Source of the DNA: Thermoproteota archaeon
GTDB taxonomy: Archaea > Thermoproteota > Thermoprotei > Thermofilales > B9-G17
Assembly (NCBI GenBank): GCA_029258885.1
Contig: JAPDJW010000001.1
Span: 160,001-224,000 of the forward strand
Reading direction: 5' to 3'
Length of the DNA: 64,000 bases
Part shown: one piece after another, positions 61,790-64,000 of the stretch
Position numbering within the stretch: position 1 is the first letter of the stretch
How the letters are laid out: every line of letters starts with the position of its first letter
The notes under the pieces: generated by a model
Seen by the model: only the letters and a program-made list of their open reading frames with translations
What the model was told of the DNA's origin: nothing
The model's database searches: none
Program-made: the position numbers and the translations under genes

Positions 61790-62908
61790 ATGTGGTATAT
61801 TTTGAGACCTGACTCGATTACGGTATGGAAGAATACAGAGGTAAAGAGGAGATTGAGTCATTACTATCGCGTAATGACTAATAAAAGGCCTGCTAAATAC
61901 TTGATAGTGAAGAGAGTGGAGGTTAACGATGATATAGATGATATGTCATACGAAGAGTTATGGAATCTTCATGACAAAATTAGCAACGAGTTTACACGTA
62001 TCTACGGGGAAATAGTTCGGGAGGAAATTTTGCCGGAAAACCTCGATAAATATTTGTCTAAACCTAAGGTTAGTTTTCTTGACCTGAAAATTAAGCTTGT
62101 CAATATAATGATTAGGAGCTGTATTCTTTGTGAATGGAGATGTAAGGTAAATAGGCTTAAGGGACAAAGAGGAGCATGTGGTTTAAATAGCGAGACGAGA
62201 GTTGCATCGTATTTCCATCACTGGGGAGAAGAAGCTCCTCTCGTTCCTTCAGGAACCATATTTTTCACTGGTTGTAGCTTCAAATGCGTCTTCTGTCAGA
62301 ACTGGGATATATCCACGAGACCTGAAAACGGGGAGCTAGTATCTCCTGAGAAGTTAGCTGAAATAGCCACGAGACTTAGAATTTCGGGGGCAAGAAACAT
62401 AAACTATGTCGGCGGAAATCCTGACCAACATCTCCATACGATAATTTCTTCTCTAAAATATATGGACATAAATGTGCCTCTTCTCTGGAATAGTAATTTC
62501 TACATGAGCCTTGAAAGCATGAAGCTACTTAGAGATATAATAGATATATGGCTACCAGATTTTAAATATGGAAACAACAATTGCGCATTAAGGCTGTCAA
62601 AAGTTAAGAACTACTTTGAGGTGGTATCAAGGAACCATAGGATTGCCTGTAACACCTCAGATATTATAATAAGACATCTAGTGCTTCCGAATCACCTCGA
62701 TTGTTGTACAATACCTGTCTTAGAATGGATTGCTAAAAATTGTCCTAATGCATTGGTAAATGTCATGGATCAATATCATCCAGACCACCTTGTCCTAACA
62801 TATCCGGAAAGATACAAGGATATAGCTAGAAGGCTCAGGAGCGATGAAATAGCAAGAGCTTTTGAAGTTGCGGAGGAGCTAGGTCTGGTCTTTAAGCCGA
62901 TATCGTAG
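61790..62908 (+). CDS. PflX-family radical SAM protein
   Basis: CILCEWRC, HWGEEAPL.PSGTIFF, CSFKCVFCQNWDIS, LPDFKYG and RHLVLP motifs. Confidence 0.9.
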   Translation: MWYILRPDSITVWKNTEVKRRLSHYYRVMTNKRPAKYLIVKRVEVNDDIDDMSYEELWNLHDKISNEFTRIYGEIVREEILPENLDKYLSKPKVSFLDLKIKLVNIMIRSCILCEWRCKVNRLKGQRGACGLNSETRVASYFHHWGEEAPLVPSGTIFFTGCSFKCVFCQNWDISTRPENGELVSPEKLAEIATRLRISGARNINYVGGNPDQHLHTIISSLKYMDINVPLLWNSNFYMSLESMKLLRDIIDIWLPDFKYGNNNCALRLSKVKNYFEVVSRNHRIACNTSDIIIRHLVLPNHLDCCTIPVLEWIAKNCPNALVNVMDQYHPDHLVLTYPERYKDIARRLRSDEIARAFEVAEELGLVFKPIS

Positions 62909-62954
62909 TTTTCGCCGGGACTATAAGGGATTTTATCATAGATAATTGAGAAAC

Positions 62955-63215
62955 ATGATGATCCTAATCTTAAAAACCATAGTCCAAATAGTTAGGAGGA
63001 GAAGGGGGTCACAGCTAGTAGAAGAAGGATTACTGCTTGGAATATCCCTAATAGCATTAATGATAGTTGTTTCCATGGTGTCGGGACTGCTGACAACCAT
63101 ACAGACGGCCGTTGCAAGCACCCAGGATTCCTTCGATAAATTCCTTACACAGGTATTTCGGGATGATTTTAATAAGATCTGGGAGTTTATATTTGGACAG
63201 AAAGTGCAAGGCTAA
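62955..63215 (+). CDS. Type IV (Flp-like) prepilin candidate
   Basis: Class III signal RRRRG|SQLVE with Glu at +5, followed by a roughly 25-aa hydrophobic helix; short (start position approximate). Confidence 0.7.
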   Translation: MMILILKTIVQIVRRRRGSQLVEEGLLLGISLIALMIVVSMVSGLLTTIQTAVASTQDSFDKFLTQVFRDDFNKIWEFIFGQKVQG

Positions 63216-64000
63216 AGAATTTCCTCTAAAATCCCGGAAATTTCTCTCATTTTTTTATCTCTCTCAGCCTCTATTTCATTCAAAGTCCTCTCAAAATCCC
63301 TTCTACTAATCCTGCCCCTCCTTCTATCTTCTATTATTCTCTCAAGCTCTCTCTCGCAATCCTTAATTTCAGCCATTAGTCGCTTAATCTCATCAGCAAC
63401 ATGCCTAAAGCCTGGACTTATTTCTTCCATCTCTTTTATCTTTGCTCCAATATCCTGTTCCAGTGCCGCGATTTTCCTGGAAATGCTGAGTAGCCTCTGC
63501 CTATACACATGCCTTGAGATCTTCCTTTCCAGATATCTAAGCCTCAACTCCTTTCTACGTTCAATTAAATCAAATAACTTGACATAGTTGTTCCTTAGAC
63601 TCTCCACTAAGGAACGGTATTCAATTTTTTCTACAACTACAGTAGGTATTTTTCTCTTCGAATAAAAGCCCTTATAGTATGCAAAAAGTAGCAGAGAAGG
63701 TATAAGTATAACGGCTCCAATTTTAAGATACTGAAAGTACTTTGCGAATGTGTTAATGCTAGCGTTTATCTTAACTTCTGTATTAACCGGGAGATCAGGT
63801 ATAGAAGGAATTTTATCTTTAAACAAAGCTACCTGATATATACCCTTTACAAATCTTTCCGATGGAGACATACTTATATCACGTATTTCCCCTAGAACCC
63901 TTATATAGACACTTGAGTTTAACACCATAATGTTTGGATTGAAGAATGCGTTCACAATTAATTCTCCGTTCTCAGAGAAAGCTGGAATAGTATATTCTAT
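63212..64000 (-). CDS. Membrane-anchored protein with cytoplasmic coiled-coil tail, 5'-truncated by the window edge
   Basis: Frame stays open to base 64000 (IEYTIPAFSENGELIVNAFF...); beta-rich segment, one TM (IGAVILIPSLLLFAYY), then E/R/K helices. Confidence 0.8.
   Translation of the reverse strand: MEYTIPAFSENGELIVNAFFNPNIMVLNSSVYIRVLGEIRDISMSPSERFVKGIYQVALFKDKIPSIPDLPVNTEVKINASINTFAKYFQYLKIGAVILIPSLLLFAYYKGFYSKRKIPTVVVEKIEYRSLVESLRNNYVKLFDLIERRKELRLRYLERKISRHVYRQRLLSISRKIAALEQDIGAKIKEMEEISPGFRHVADEIKRLMAEIKDCERELERIIEDRRRGRISRRDFERTLNEIEAERDKKMREISGILEEIL

Overview
A 64 kb window of archaeal chromosome. Gene content and tRNA style point to a thermophilic Thermoproteota (Thermoprotei-like) genome, though this is inferred rather than proven. 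Most of it is gene-dense housekeeping DNA: the tail of the rpoD-rpl18e-rpl13-rps9 cluster, transcription factors (TFB, TFE, MBF1, Alba), many RNA-modification genes (trm56, trm1, trm11, rnz, MtaB-type, nop5, fibrillarin), central metabolism (PGI/PMI, HPS, TIM, SucCD, ACD beta, AhcY, MTAP, NadE), thermosome, MetRS and AspRS. There are five tRNAs, one with a BHB intron. Reading the intergenic DNA directly gave five candidate C/D-box guide sRNAs and one small gene missing from the ORF track that appears to start at CTG. One sRNA guide matches 23S helix 69 (C1920) and another matches the 16S anti-Shine-Dalgarno tail. The least explained parts are: an RPA32-like OB-fold / wHTH / two-hypothetical / RNase HII cluster divergent from an MBL nuclease; a HerA-like ATPase with a Cys-rich zinc-finger tail; a 1518-aa repeat surface protein next to a Yip1-like gene; lone VirB2-like and Flp-like pilin candidates; and an inverted rpoN. 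I saw no CRISPR array, transposase, integrase or rRNA. All family calls come from motif recognition, not database searches.
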